DNA of 59,827 nt, filler included, from Streblomastix strix (lineage: Eukaryota), in assembly GCA_008636045.1 (NCBI GenBank). It is 3 parts of 3 records of this genome, joined end to end, with 100 filler letters (N's around TTAATTAATTAA, not from the genome) between each part and the next. Parts side by side here need not be neighbours in the genome. Positions count along the whole stretch, not along the records: positions 1 to 19,890 come from SNRW01000475.1; positions 19,991 to 39,859 come from SNRW01000476.1; 1 more part is not named here. One strand, 5' to 3'. The notes under the pieces are model-generated. The model was not told the DNA's origin and ran no database searches. It saw nothing but the letters and a program-made list of their open reading frames with translations. Made by a program: the position numbers and the translations under genes. Position 1 is the stretch's first letter; every line of letters starts with the position of its first letter. Shown piece after piece: positions 14,054 to 25,070 of the stretch.

Positions 14054-15859
14054 ATGACAACATTTTCACAATAGCAATTAGCAGTAATCAAACGATTGAT
14101 ACATTCAGATATTAGTTATTATATGTAATACTCAAAGAAGAGTAGTTCGAATAGTGTTGTTTCGAATGATGATTATTAATTAACAATTGATGACTAGAAT
14201 AACCTACTATATTGCCCTAAGAATAACCCCACAGATTATGCGATGAAATAAACGTAAGATGTACTATTGATAGTTAACAACATACAATTAATTAACAACG
14301 ATTTTTTGTAAAAAATAATCATATTAGAATAGTAAGTATAAAATAAATAATAATAGATCAATGGATACAGTTAAGACATAGGATAGCTATAGGCTGATGT
14401 AATCACGATTAACACTGAATTAGCACGGTAGACTCATTTCAGAGGTTACTTTACAACTAACGATGAGATACTTAGTTTAGCTAATCCTGCAATAGGTGAT
14501 TATGCGTATAGTGCTGAAGATTTATTAGTATGGGATTATGATGGAACATAATGGATTGAAACTGATAAAATAGTACCTGATTAAATGACTCCAGCGAGTG
14601 ATGCTAATCCATAGGCTGATGGTACTGTAACTGCAGGAATTAGTACGGAATATTCACGTGGAGATCATGTTCATCCATTAAATATTACATCAACTATTCC
14701 AGTTAGTGATTCAGCTAGTGGAGCAGTTGGCACAGCTAATTAATATGCTAGAAGCGATCATTCTCACCCTATCAATATATCTACTTCGATAGCACCATAA
14801 GATAGTACTAGTGGATCAGTTGGTACAACTAATTATTATGCTAGATCTGATCATTCTCATCCTATCAATGTTTAAACTAATGCTTCAATTGTACCTATAG
14901 TTAACGGAGTAGGTAGCAATGGTACATCAACTTACTACGCTAGATAGGATCATATTCATCCACAATAATTGACATATGATGGAAACGTTACTGCTACTAA
15001 ATTTATTAAAACAGGTGGATTGGCTACAGAAATACTATGCGCTAATGGGGATACAACTGCTATATCAACTATAGATAATGATTCAGTTAAAAAGACAGGT
15101 AAACCATTATAAATCGTATAAGAATATTTACGCTATGCAGATTATTCATATAATGATGATGAACCGTCAGTGGAGTCAGATGATGATGATTATTAAACTA
15201 GAGGATAAATATATAGTTAATATGTTAATAAATCATAAACTGAGACAATAATTAAAAGAAAGACATTCAAAAATAGTTAACTTGAAATATAGCAAACAGG
15301 ACCAGCCAATCCATTAATTGTGTCCAATTATAATAACAGTGGGATACTCTAGTAATTAATAAATAGTAGTGAATTGATATTATCCCTAAATACAACAGAT
15401 CCAGTTGGGACTCCATTATATATTAATTATCGTGATGGTAATTTAAGCTCATTATATCCAAATTCTAAATTAGTCTAAAATTATGTTTTAAATGCTGGTA
15501 CTTCCTCATCATTTGCAGGTGTTAAATGTGGTGTATTATAAGTTAATACATCAGTGGCGGGAACATTTAACGAAGGGATATGAATAAGCAGACATCCAAG
15601 CAATTAATGGAGTAATATATAATTTGGTTGTAGCCCTAATTCAAATACTGGATATATCGTTAACTAGTGGTTGGTTGGATCAGCAGGAAATGATACGTTA
15701 AATCCATTAGGCTTCACAATAGTTATAGCAGGATAAGAAACTTAAGGTAAAGCAGTATAATGGGGTATTAATTCATCTCAATCAGGTGGGTTATATGCTA
15801 GTTGATAGAACCTATTTTGGAATGCAAGAACAGTTTTATTTTCTAGTGTTAGTTCATGA
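14054..15859 (+). pseudogene. Element A long fibre protein with YAR-x-DHxHP repeats (internal TGA stops)
   Basis: Coiled coil, HFRGY module, four repeats (YSRGDHVHP, YARSDHSHP x2, YARQDHIHP), TATKFIKTGGLATEILCANGDT, beta-rich distal modules. TGA at 15581 and 15803. Confidence 0.75.
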
Positions 15860-15902
15860 TCAAAGGAGTATTTATTTTTTATCTTTTTTATTTTTATTAT
15901 AA

Positions 15903-16244
15903 ATGAGTTATAATATAGTACATCTAAATGAATAAGATGAAATAGAATTGATAGGTAATATTGCATATAATAATTATAATATAGTTGAGATATATAATCA
16001 TATGATGTTATTCTTAACACATGATCAAATGAATAATTACAGAGACATTATATAATTACTTAATGAGGATAAATTAAAAGCAGTCAGTAAATAAGATATA
16101 GCAATAAATCAATTAAGAAGGTAAGAATTTAATAAAAAAATGAAACAACTTAGCAATATTTAATATCACTTACATAATACAAGAGCATCAAGAGAAGCTG
16201 AATAAACAAGATATGATGATTATGAATAAGCTAATGAATTGTGA
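15903..16244 (+). CDS. Element A hypothetical protein (113 aa)
   Basis: Open with TAR=Gln: MSYNIVHLNEQDEIELIG...; TAAATG start. Confidence 0.55.
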
Positions 16245-16292
16245 TCAAACATAGTTTGCTGTCAAAGGAGTAATTATTTTTTGTATAAATAA

Positions 16293-16586
16293 ATGGAATA
16301 GTTGTTTACGATAGCTTAAAAATTAGCGTAGAAGATTAATGCAACAGATAATGAGGTGTATCATATCTTTGAAGCATTACTCAGTGGATCAGGATATGTT
16401 AATGAGAAACCAATTAATGAAACACAATAAAAATAATAACAGTACTTCTAAGAAATTATAGATAAATATTACGATAGTGATGAATTAATACTTTCAGACA
16501 AGTGTAAAGAGCTAATTGAATACATTGACTATCTGGTTATATTGGCTCAGTTAGCACCTTCGGTGCCAGTATCGTAGATGATATGA
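16293..16586 (+). CDS. Element A conserved hypothetical protein (97 aa)
   Basis: INATDNEVYHIFEALL matches YNATNYEIYKIFEALM of the element B ORF starting at 23033. Confidence 0.7.
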
Positions 16587-16589
16587 AAG

Positions 16590-17058
16590 GGTTCAATTAA
16601 TAGTAATCGCAAAACAACTTATGCTTCTATTCTGATACAAACTAATTATATATCTATTTGTCTTCGTTAGTTGCACCCATTAATAAGTACTATTTTATTA
16701 TGATTATTTTTGGATTAATGTTTAACTCTTCTTTACATTTATTATATGTTTATATATAGTCATAATGATTTTCATTGTATAGCTTATTATTATATTGATC
16801 TATATCACTTTAACGTTTAAACTAGTATAGTCTTTCATTCATAGTATCAAAATTAATACTAAGATTAGTTAACTCATAGTAAAGTGGATGTGAACTACTT
16901 TTTGATTTAGTGTTTACGCCGAGACCTTCGGTTTTATCTTCATTAACTATATCCTTTAGCATATTGTCATGTTACTATATAAGCTATTTATCTTGAAAAT
17001 TATCTTTGATTATTTTTGTCGTTAATGCTTTGAAAACTTTCAATTGGTCTTTATTCAT
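16590..17058 (-). CDS. Element A conserved hypothetical protein (3' end approximate, may be frameshifted)
   Basis: IIKDNF, HPLYYELT and ATNEDKQIYNQFV match VIKQNF, HPQLQELT and ANEQEKQIYNDFV of 22356-22810. Confidence 0.6.
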
Positions 17059-17280
17059 TTAAATGGGAGGTTCCCAGCGGACATCTATAGTTACCCAAAT
17101 TTTTTATATTTTATGTACAATAAAAAGTTATTTTAAATGAATATTATGCGGCATGCCGGAAGTGCTTGGATCGCAGGAACGCGAAAAATATTTATTGTTG
17201 TCTTTTATTTTATAAAGTTGTATTATTTTATTTGGTTTTATGAAAATATAATTTAGTAATGTAATTCAAATAATCAAACC

Positions 17281-18263
17281 TCACGCTTTTGATTAATAAA
17301 GATCCTAAATCCTACTACACAGGTCAATAATAGAAAGCATCGACCTCTGTTGAGGTAAGAATATAGCGTGAGAATGCATTAACCTTCAAAACTGAAGCAC
17401 CTCTAGCCCTTAACTTTGTCACTGTTGCATGGCGTATTGACGGTCCATTATAAGGAGATTATATCCCAAATTAACGAATGATGGTTGTTAATGTCCAACT
17501 ACAATAATGAGAGGAAGAAATGGTATTTTTCTTGAAGTCCCAAAATAGTGATTCTTCTTGAATGTTTATTTTCTCTCTAGACTAAATCCAACTTTGTAAT
17601 GCTTTAACAGGACATAACTGATTTTAATCTATTTAAGGTTATAGTTTCATTTCTAATCTTATTTCCTTTCTTGATTGTTGTTGCTATTATTAATATATTC
17701 TTTCAGCTACTGTCCAAGTCTTTTATTGTCATTCTTGACTGTTCAGTCATACGTGCAGCGGAAAAGGAAATAAGTAAAGCCATAGCTTTCATTTATATTT
17801 CCTCTGGAGATGAGAATGTAGAATTTGAAAGATGATCAAAAAGTTTCTGAATATCCCAGATGACGTTATATCTTGCTTTAGAATCAATATTCAGATTCAA
17901 GCATCTTGTGAATTATTTTATCAAAGGAGAATCGCTAATATTAGGCATCTTTGAGAATTATCCAGGTACAACACTTGTATGTGTTTTCAATGCGATGAGG
18001 TTCGATTTTCTAGTCTTACCACCTAGATCATTCAGCCAAGCCATTGCATTCACAACATGGATGTCTGGTCTCTCTCCAAGCAGTGTCATAGAGTCGATTT
18101 CATTCAATTTCAAATATCTTGCCATTATAGTTAAGCCAGCTCTGCGTTTTCGCCAAGTCTCCCAGTTTGAATTGTCGATCATCTGTTGAATTGTTGTTGG
18201 TACTAGTCCTGCTGCTGTAGCTAGGTCTCTGAATAGTTATTCACCAATGGAATACTTGTCATT
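17281..18263 (-). pseudogene. DIRS tyrosine recombinase (boundaries approximate)
   Basis: SKARYNVIWDI, FSAARMTE (catalytic R), PSIRHATVTKL, AFYY*PV (catalytic Y); internal TGAs. Confidence 0.85.
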
Positions 18264-19890
18264 AGTACAGCTAATTGGTCTCCTGGAGGTAATTTGAGTT
18301 TAAGGCTTTCCAGTGACTTACCCATCTTCAGCACTAACTCTGTTGGTCCCATGTTAATTATCTGAAGAATCGGAGGGAAAAGTAGTCTGACCTTCTCAAA
18401 ACACCAGCTCGGAAGCAGAAATAGTGCTACAGTTGGATCCAACTTCATTTTCTTAAGGATATTAGGTATCAATTCTATTAGTAGGTGGAGAAGAAGATCT
18501 TCATTTGTCCAATTGATGCTAGAGGCCCCTCTTTTCCCCTCGGATCTTCGGTCCTTTTATATGGAGCAGTACCTATTACATTGTCTCATAGTTCATGTCG
18601 TGAAGGTATCAAGTTGAGGGAAGAACTGAAGTTATTCCATTGTTTGCTGAAGTATTTCTGGTTTTATCATATATTCTCCTCTCCACGCTAGTCTGTTGAG
18701 AGCATCGGCCTTATTGTTCTGAAGACCCGGAATGTGGATCGTTGTCAATTGGATATTCATCTCATCGAGTAGTTTAAAGATCAATCTAACTAGATGAACC
18801 TAATTTGAAGCTGCTCTCCATCATATGAGATTGTATTTCACTGTTTGATTATCTGTATAAAGTGTCAGAAAATGAATCTAATTCTGTTCGATCAACTGCT
18901 TGTGCATCCTTAGTGCCATCAAAACAGCAGCTGTCTCTCTTTTGTTGCTATTCTTAAGATGCCAATTCTTCTGCAATCTTCCAGCTTCCATTATCTCAGT
19001 CTACTATATCTGATGAGTTGAGCCCCAATCTTCCAAAACTGCGTCTGTTGTGAGTATGGCTTATGTTGTCAGATCTACCAATTAACGAGGTTTATTCTAT
19101 TTAATCTTGATGAACCACAAATAAAGATTACCAAGAACCCGTCCATTTAGTAAAACTGAGCAATTCCAACCACCTTTTTTAACTGCTTAAGCTTTAATAT
19201 GATTCAATGAGTTGCTAATTAATGACGCGTCCTATATCTGGAATCTCAGGAAATTTAACTCTCCAAGTAACTTGGCTAGATCTCTAACTTTAACCATCTC
19301 TTCATTATCTGTCGCATTAATTCAACGTTTTATCTCCATCTTCATTAGTCTTCTTCTCTGAGGTGTCATCATTACTTCCAACGAATTTGAATTCCAGACC
19401 CAATCTAAGTAATTGAAGACTTTAGATGGATATAGACGACATTTCTTAACTTGGATCTTGAAACAGAGATTCTGTAGAAATGCAGATATTTCTTATGTAG
19501 TTCGTTTAAGATAATCCTTATCTTGATGCAGTAGAATTATGTCGTCGATATAATTACTTATTTTGATGATCCATCTTTATCTTATTGATCTAATTGCGAT
19601 TGATAGAACTTTATTGAAGAGATATGGACTATTTTTATATCCGAATGGAAGGCCTGAGTACGTGAATAATCTCCCCTGGAAAGCGAAACCGAAGTAGGGT
19701 AGAAGATCTGAAGAGACTTTAATATGATGAAATGCATTCTCTAAATCTAGTGTAGTGGCAAAGTCCAGCTTCTCTAGGATCTGTTTAATAAACTCTGACC
19801 CTTCCATCTTGAATTTGATTAGATTAGTGATAGCATTGACTTATCTGCAATCTAGGATCTTTCTCCATTTGTTCCCAGGTTTAGGCACTA
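18180..19890 (-). pseudogene. DIRS reverse transcriptase-RNase H-MT polyprotein
   Basis: WRKILDCR, LDLENAFHHI, GLPFGYKNSP, NYIDD, LTTDA, RETAAV, YTDN, HIPGLQNNKADALNR, LDTFTT, LKLPPG; several TGAs and a frameshift near 18500. Confidence 0.9.
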
Positions 19891-19990
19891 NNNNNNNNNN
19901 NNNNNNNNNNNNNNNNNNNNNNNNNNNNNNNNNNTTAATTAATTAANNNNNNNNNNNNNNNNNNNNNNNNNNNNNNNNNNNNNNNNNNNN
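19891..19990. other. Artificial contig linker
   Basis: N44-TTAATTAATTAA-N44, exactly 100 bp. Confidence 0.95.
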
Positions 19991-20151
19991 GAGGTATTAA
20001 ACATGCAGCTTAATGGGTAGCACCAACTCTTCATAAGGTACTATCAACAATATCAGGCCCTGTAGGAATGATACACCCAGGAATTGGTGGAGCACTAGGT
20101 GCTGGGGCTAATCTTGCTGGAGTTGTGGATCGACTCGTAAATAAACGGTGA
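19991..20151 (+). CDS. C-terminal fragment of an element B protein ending in an amphipathic Gly-rich segment
   Basis: GIKHAAQWVAPTLHKVLSTISGPVGMIHPGIGGALGAGANLAGVVDRLVNKR*; truncated by contig start. Confidence 0.7.
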
Positions 20152-20201
20152 TAACCATATCCATTAATAACATTTAAACTTATTATTTTTGCAAAATTAA
20201 A

Positions 20202-22287
20202 ATGATTACCTAAAATAATCCATTAACACAGCAACAAATCGGAACAGTTCGCCTGCTTATCACTAATGATATAGCATATTATATACAGTATTAAAAAAGG
20301 GGGAGTTCTAGCAGTGGAATGTTGCAAAATGATGAATATTAACTGTTTATAGATAATGATAACTCACTAGTATATGCAGCTAATAATTAAATAGTTGATG
20401 GTTATGCAGCTGATTATGCACTCAAAATTGCACCAAATGGACTGCTTACAATAAAGAATTTAAAGATAATAAACTTTGATTTTGTTGCATAAATTAAACA
20501 GTTAATTAATGAAGTAAATTAATTGAAGTCATCAATTGGAGGGGTAGAATAAGATATTGATGGAATAAAAAGTGATATATAAACTATTTAGTAAGAACCT
20601 GCGTAATAAATACATTTCCGTGGATATTATTTGTTGAATAGTATCATATAAAATTTGCCTAATTCCGCTAATGGAGACTTTGCATTTATTGCAGAAAGTG
20701 GAACAGTATGGATGTATGAGACTGATTGGTATAATAGTGGCGATGTGGTCCCTGATTAGGTAACCCCTGCCAGTGATGCGATACCATCATACTCTGTGGT
20801 AAATGGAAGTGCAGGAACAAGTAATGAATATGCAAGAGGAGACCATTAACATCCTTTATAAGTTTCAACTGTTTAACCTGCAAAAGATACTGCAAATGGT
20901 GAGGTTAGAGTTGCTACCACTTATGCCAGGTCAGACCATACACACCATATAAATCTAAGTAATGATGTACCACTAAAAGATACAGGAACAGGAACAGCAG
21001 GAACGGCTAATATATATGCTAGTACCACACACCAACATCCATTAAATGTTGATCCAACAACTGTAAATGTTCAGTTCGTAAATGCTACTGCTGCTGCTAA
21101 TGGTACGATTGATTTTTGTAGTAGAAATGACCATGTCCATCCATAGTAATTAACATATGATGGAAACATTACAGCTACAAAATTTATTAAGACTGGAGGA
21201 TTGGCTACGGAAATACTTTGCGCTAATGGTGATACAATAAACGGAGTAGTTGATATAGCATCTGATTAAATCATTATTGGTATAAAAACATTTGGCTAAA
21301 TTATTGCATAGTCAATCAAAAAAATAAATGGCACAAATCAATAAATATTATTAGCGGATGGAACAACAAAATCAATAGTTTATGCTACTTGGTATAGGTA
21401 CATATCAGCACCTTAGTAATACGTTAAACTATGTACTCTCAACCCGTTTTTTGAGAATAATTGAATGTCTGTTGAATTTAGAGTACGTGGTAGAAGCGGT
21501 TTTGGATTATTATAATTTCATCAAATAACTAGCACTGCTGGATTAAGTAATTTTTATTATCATTTTTAGCCTAATTTTTAAAGTTGTATGTAATAAGCAT
21601 ATGCGTTATATTATGGTGATGGAGAAACAAAAACATGTGAATTATGGATACAATTAACATCATGGAGTGGGGTTATCGATTAACAGTGATAGTTCAAAAA
21701 TAATGTTTAATGGTAATGAATTGGTGAATGTTGGAACTGATTAAACAATTAATTTAAGAAAGACATTTAAAAATGACTAGTTTGAGATATAACTAACAGG
21801 TTCAAATTATCCATTATTGCTATTCAATAATAATAACTATTATTTGGAGTAAATGATAAATAGTAATGAATTGATATTGACTATTGATACTAGTTTACCA
21901 GCTGGCACTCCATTATATATTAATTAACGAGGAAATACTTTAAGTACATAATATTCTGATTCAAAATTAATTTAAAATTATGTTTTAAATGCTGGTTCAT
22001 TTGATTCATTTGCTGGCGTCAAATGTGGACTTGTTTAAATAAATCCTAATGATAGTAATTATAATTAAGGATTAAGAATTGCACGATCTACCAATAATTA
22101 TTGTGATATTTATCTTGGTAGTGATCCAAATTCAACCATAGGAACATTATCCAATTAGTGGAACATAGCAAATACAGCTGCTGGAGAATTTAGGATAGGA
22201 GTTGGTGCATAAGTTGTACAAGATAATAAAGGATTAAATAAACCAGCTGATGGAAACACATTATCTTTCAATGGTAGAGTTCTTTGA
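20202..22287 (+). pseudogene. Element B long fibre protein with HxH repeats (disrupted)
   Basis: HFRGY module; YARGDHQHP, YARSDHTHH, YASTTHQHP, SRNDHVHP; TATKFIKTGGLATEILCANGDT; ends ADGNTLSFNGRVL*. TGA at 21462 and frameshift near 21690. Confidence 0.75.
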
Positions 22288-22355
22288 ACATTTTTAGCAA
22301 AAAAGTCTTATTATTTTTTTCGTTTATATTAATGCAACAATTTATTTTTAAATAA

Positions 22356-22810
22356 ATGGCCTCTTGCAAAGACCCTATAAAATAGCTTTTTAATGAAGTA
22401 ATTAAGTAAAATTTTGAAAGAGATGACTCGATAAAAGCAACAATTGACGCACTATAAAAATTGTTAGTAAAAGACAAAGAAATAAAACAGCACCCATAAC
22501 TCCAAGAACTAACAAGAATAAATAAGTAATTCATGAATTAGTAAACCAAATTACAACAAATAAAGCAGTATGTTGATGCAGAAGATTATAAAAAAAACTG
22601 TTCAACGAGTAAGAAAAATATTACAAAAATAACTATAATTTTATTAAAAAACAACTGGATTAAAACAATTAGCCATAACAAATAAAAAAATATATTATAT
22701 CTGAAGCAAATGAACAGGAAAAATAAATATATAATGACTTCGTTAATGATACATAAAATAGTGGTTTGGACAATTATAATCAGATGAATTTAACAGCATC
22801 AATAAATTGA
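22356..22810 (+). pseudogene. Element B conserved hypothetical protein (frameshift in A-run near 22590)
   Basis: Homologous to 16590-17058. Confidence 0.6.
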
Positions 22811-23033
22811 GGTTTTAAATATATTCTATTATTTACACGGTTTTATCCTGCAATGATTCTAAAAAACTGTAATGACTTTTAAACTATTGATACATTTATT
22901 TTTCCTGCTCATTCATATCATTATTGTCTTCGAGCTAGTGCTCCATTAATGCTTCAAATATTTTATAAATTTCATAGTTCGTAGCATTATATTATAGGCA
23001 AATGTTTGTGGCTAATTAATATATAGAATCCAT
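22780..23033 (-). CDS. Element B conserved hypothetical protein (3' end approximate)
   Basis: MDSIYQLATNICLQYNATNYEIYKIFEALM; homologous to 16293-16586. Confidence 0.6.
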
Positions 23034-23043
23034 TTTAAATGTA

Positions 23044-23412
23044 TCAAACTTATTATTTTTATGGTTAATTTAAAAGTTTAAGGTATAAAATATAACGAAA
23101 ATGCTATGCTAATTCCAAATTTTTGCCCATTATTGCATCATTCAAAAATTATTCGATTTATCCAACGGTTAGCTATGACCAATGAATTTTAGGTTATTGC
23201 TTACCCATTTTTCTTTTATAAAAATATTATATAACTTAAACCGTTACATTTAGCAGTACCAATATTATATCAAAATAACCCCAAAACTTCATAATTAAAT
23301 TAACGGTTTCGGTCAGTTGTTCAGGAATAGATACAGACAAAACAGATATAATAAAATTAACACCATGAAATATATAATTCATTAGACCCATTAAAATATT
23401 TATAATATTCAT
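23044..23412 (-). CDS. Element B two-TM membrane protein (122 aa)
   Basis: MNIINILMGLMNYIFHGVNFIISVLSVSIPEQ...YFDIILVLLNVTVQVIQYFYKRK...HWSQ; homologue of 13656-14039. Confidence 0.75.
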
Positions 23413-23430
23413 TTTATTATTTTTAAAAAC

Positions 23431-24447
23431 ATGACACTGCAAGAGATATAAAACATAATATTTTCAAACTAGGACCTACTTAACGAATATAAAACCAGAC
23501 CATTATCCAAAAATTCATTGTTCCTCGTTAATGGAAACCATTATATTGTCGGGGCAATTGGTAGCAGTAAAACAACATTAATATCTAAGCTAATTGTGAT
23601 ATATCACAAAATGATTAACCCATAAATATTATACTTTTCGAATTTTGGTGCAGATGAGACAATGTCATTAAATTTAAACAGTAAGAACATAACGCTGACA
23701 AATATAACTTATGGGGAAGCCATGTTGTTTTTACCAGAATTTGATGAAATTAAACATTCAACAAAAGATGTATATACGTGGTATAAATTGCATGAATAAG
23801 GTTTCAAATACACCAGTGATTTTATAAAACGGATGGAAGAATAAATAATATAGAATAATAAAATAAAAAATGACGAGAAGCCAAAAGACTATTTAAAACG
23901 AATTGCTGATTTATTCAAATAATATGTTATGGAAAACATTAATAAATATAGCTAGCCATTTAAAATATTAAGATTTGATATTCCAGCATTTATATTAAAT
24001 GATTATTATGAAAAGAAGCTAAAAGTAAGTGAAGATAAAGCTACTGTTGATATAAAAATAATGATAATACCAATTCTTAATAAAACATAATTGTTAAATA
24101 CGTTAATGTTGTTTGTTGATATTGGAAGTAATGCCGATATATAATGTATCAACTCTTCCCTTGCCAAAACAATTACCCATTTGATTTCAGACTCTTGACA
24201 TAGTAAAAATTCGATTTTCTTTATAGCTTAACGTCCCAGTTATTTGTTTAAGACTGCAAGGATATTATCCCATGTAATTTGTTTAGGTTCAAATCTCAGT
24301 GAGAGTGATTTAAAACAGGCGTACGAAGAGAATACGATATAAAACTTAGATTTTGATGAATATTAAATGTTATATTCCACACTTAACAAGTATGAGTTCA
24401 TTATCCTAAACAAATTGTATAGTAAATATGAAATTTTAAGGAATTGA
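23431..24447 (+). pseudogene. Element B DNA-packaging ATPase, inactivated
   Basis: Colinear with the element A ATPase. Walker A GAIGSSKTT (G>S), Walker B LMLFVDIG (D>V), TGA at 24196, FIAQRPSYLFKTAR. Confidence 0.88.
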
Positions 24448-24478
24448 AAAATTTTATTTTTTTTAACTAATTATAAAA

Positions 24479-25051
24479 ATGGCTGAAATAAACGAATGGT
24501 AAATATTAGCTGCTGATAATGATTACGAAATCATAACCGATGAACCACATGTTATAAGACGAATTAGAGACTAATTTATTCCAAAAATAACTTTAAATAG
24601 TACAAATGGATACTATCGAATAAAATTGAATGGATAATTATTTCTGTATCACCGTGTTTTAGCATAATAGTTTTTGCCTAATCCAGATAATTTACCTGAC
24701 ATTGATCATAAAGATAGAAACACAAAAAATAATAGTTTGGAAAATTTGCGATGGATATCAAAATCTGAAAATAGCAGAAATCAAAATTCGCATAAAGGTG
24801 TTAGCTATGAATATGTGGATTAATTAACTGATGATGCAATAGTTGTAAATGAGTATGGAAGACATCATTTTGAATTCTTATACTTTGATAATGATGATTT
24901 TTATTTCTATAATGGTTTATAATATCGATAACTACAAACTAATAAAATACCAAATAAACATGCTTTATATGTTAATGCAAATGATACAAATAATAAATAA
25001 CGAAATATTTATCTTAACAAATTTAAGCAATTATATGATATACCATTTTGA
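24479..25051 (+). CDS. HNH homing-type endonuclease (190 aa)
   Basis: NGYYRIKL...YHRVLAQQFLPNPDNLPDIDHKDRNTKNNSLENLRWISKSENSRN; frame intact. Confidence 0.88.
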
Positions 25052-25070
25052 AAAATAATATTATTTTTGT

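Larger units (their letters stand above)
10452..17060. mobile_element. Partial Polinton-like endogenous virus, element A
   Basis: Dense, intronless ORFs on both strands with tiny spacers; packaging ATPase and fibre genes; five genes homologous to those of element B (19991-35067). No termini recognised, so boundaries are approximate. Confidence 0.8.
17061..19890 (-). mobile_element. DIRS-type tyrosine-recombinase retrotransposon, 5'-truncated by contig end, degraded
   Basis: RT-RNaseH-methyltransferase-like ORF overlapping a downstream YR ORF; GC-richer terminal segment ending ...GGGAACCTCCCATTT on the minus strand. Confidence 0.9.

Noticed and set aside
14054..22287. Bacterial prophage contamination explaining the fibre genes
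   Set aside because: The genes require TAA=Gln and sit among eukaryotic Polinton hallmark genes.
12874..24198. TGA reassigned to Arg in the viral genes
   Set aside because: The same genes also carry frameshifts and catalytic substitutions, and TGA ends the intact ORFs; decay is the simpler explanation.
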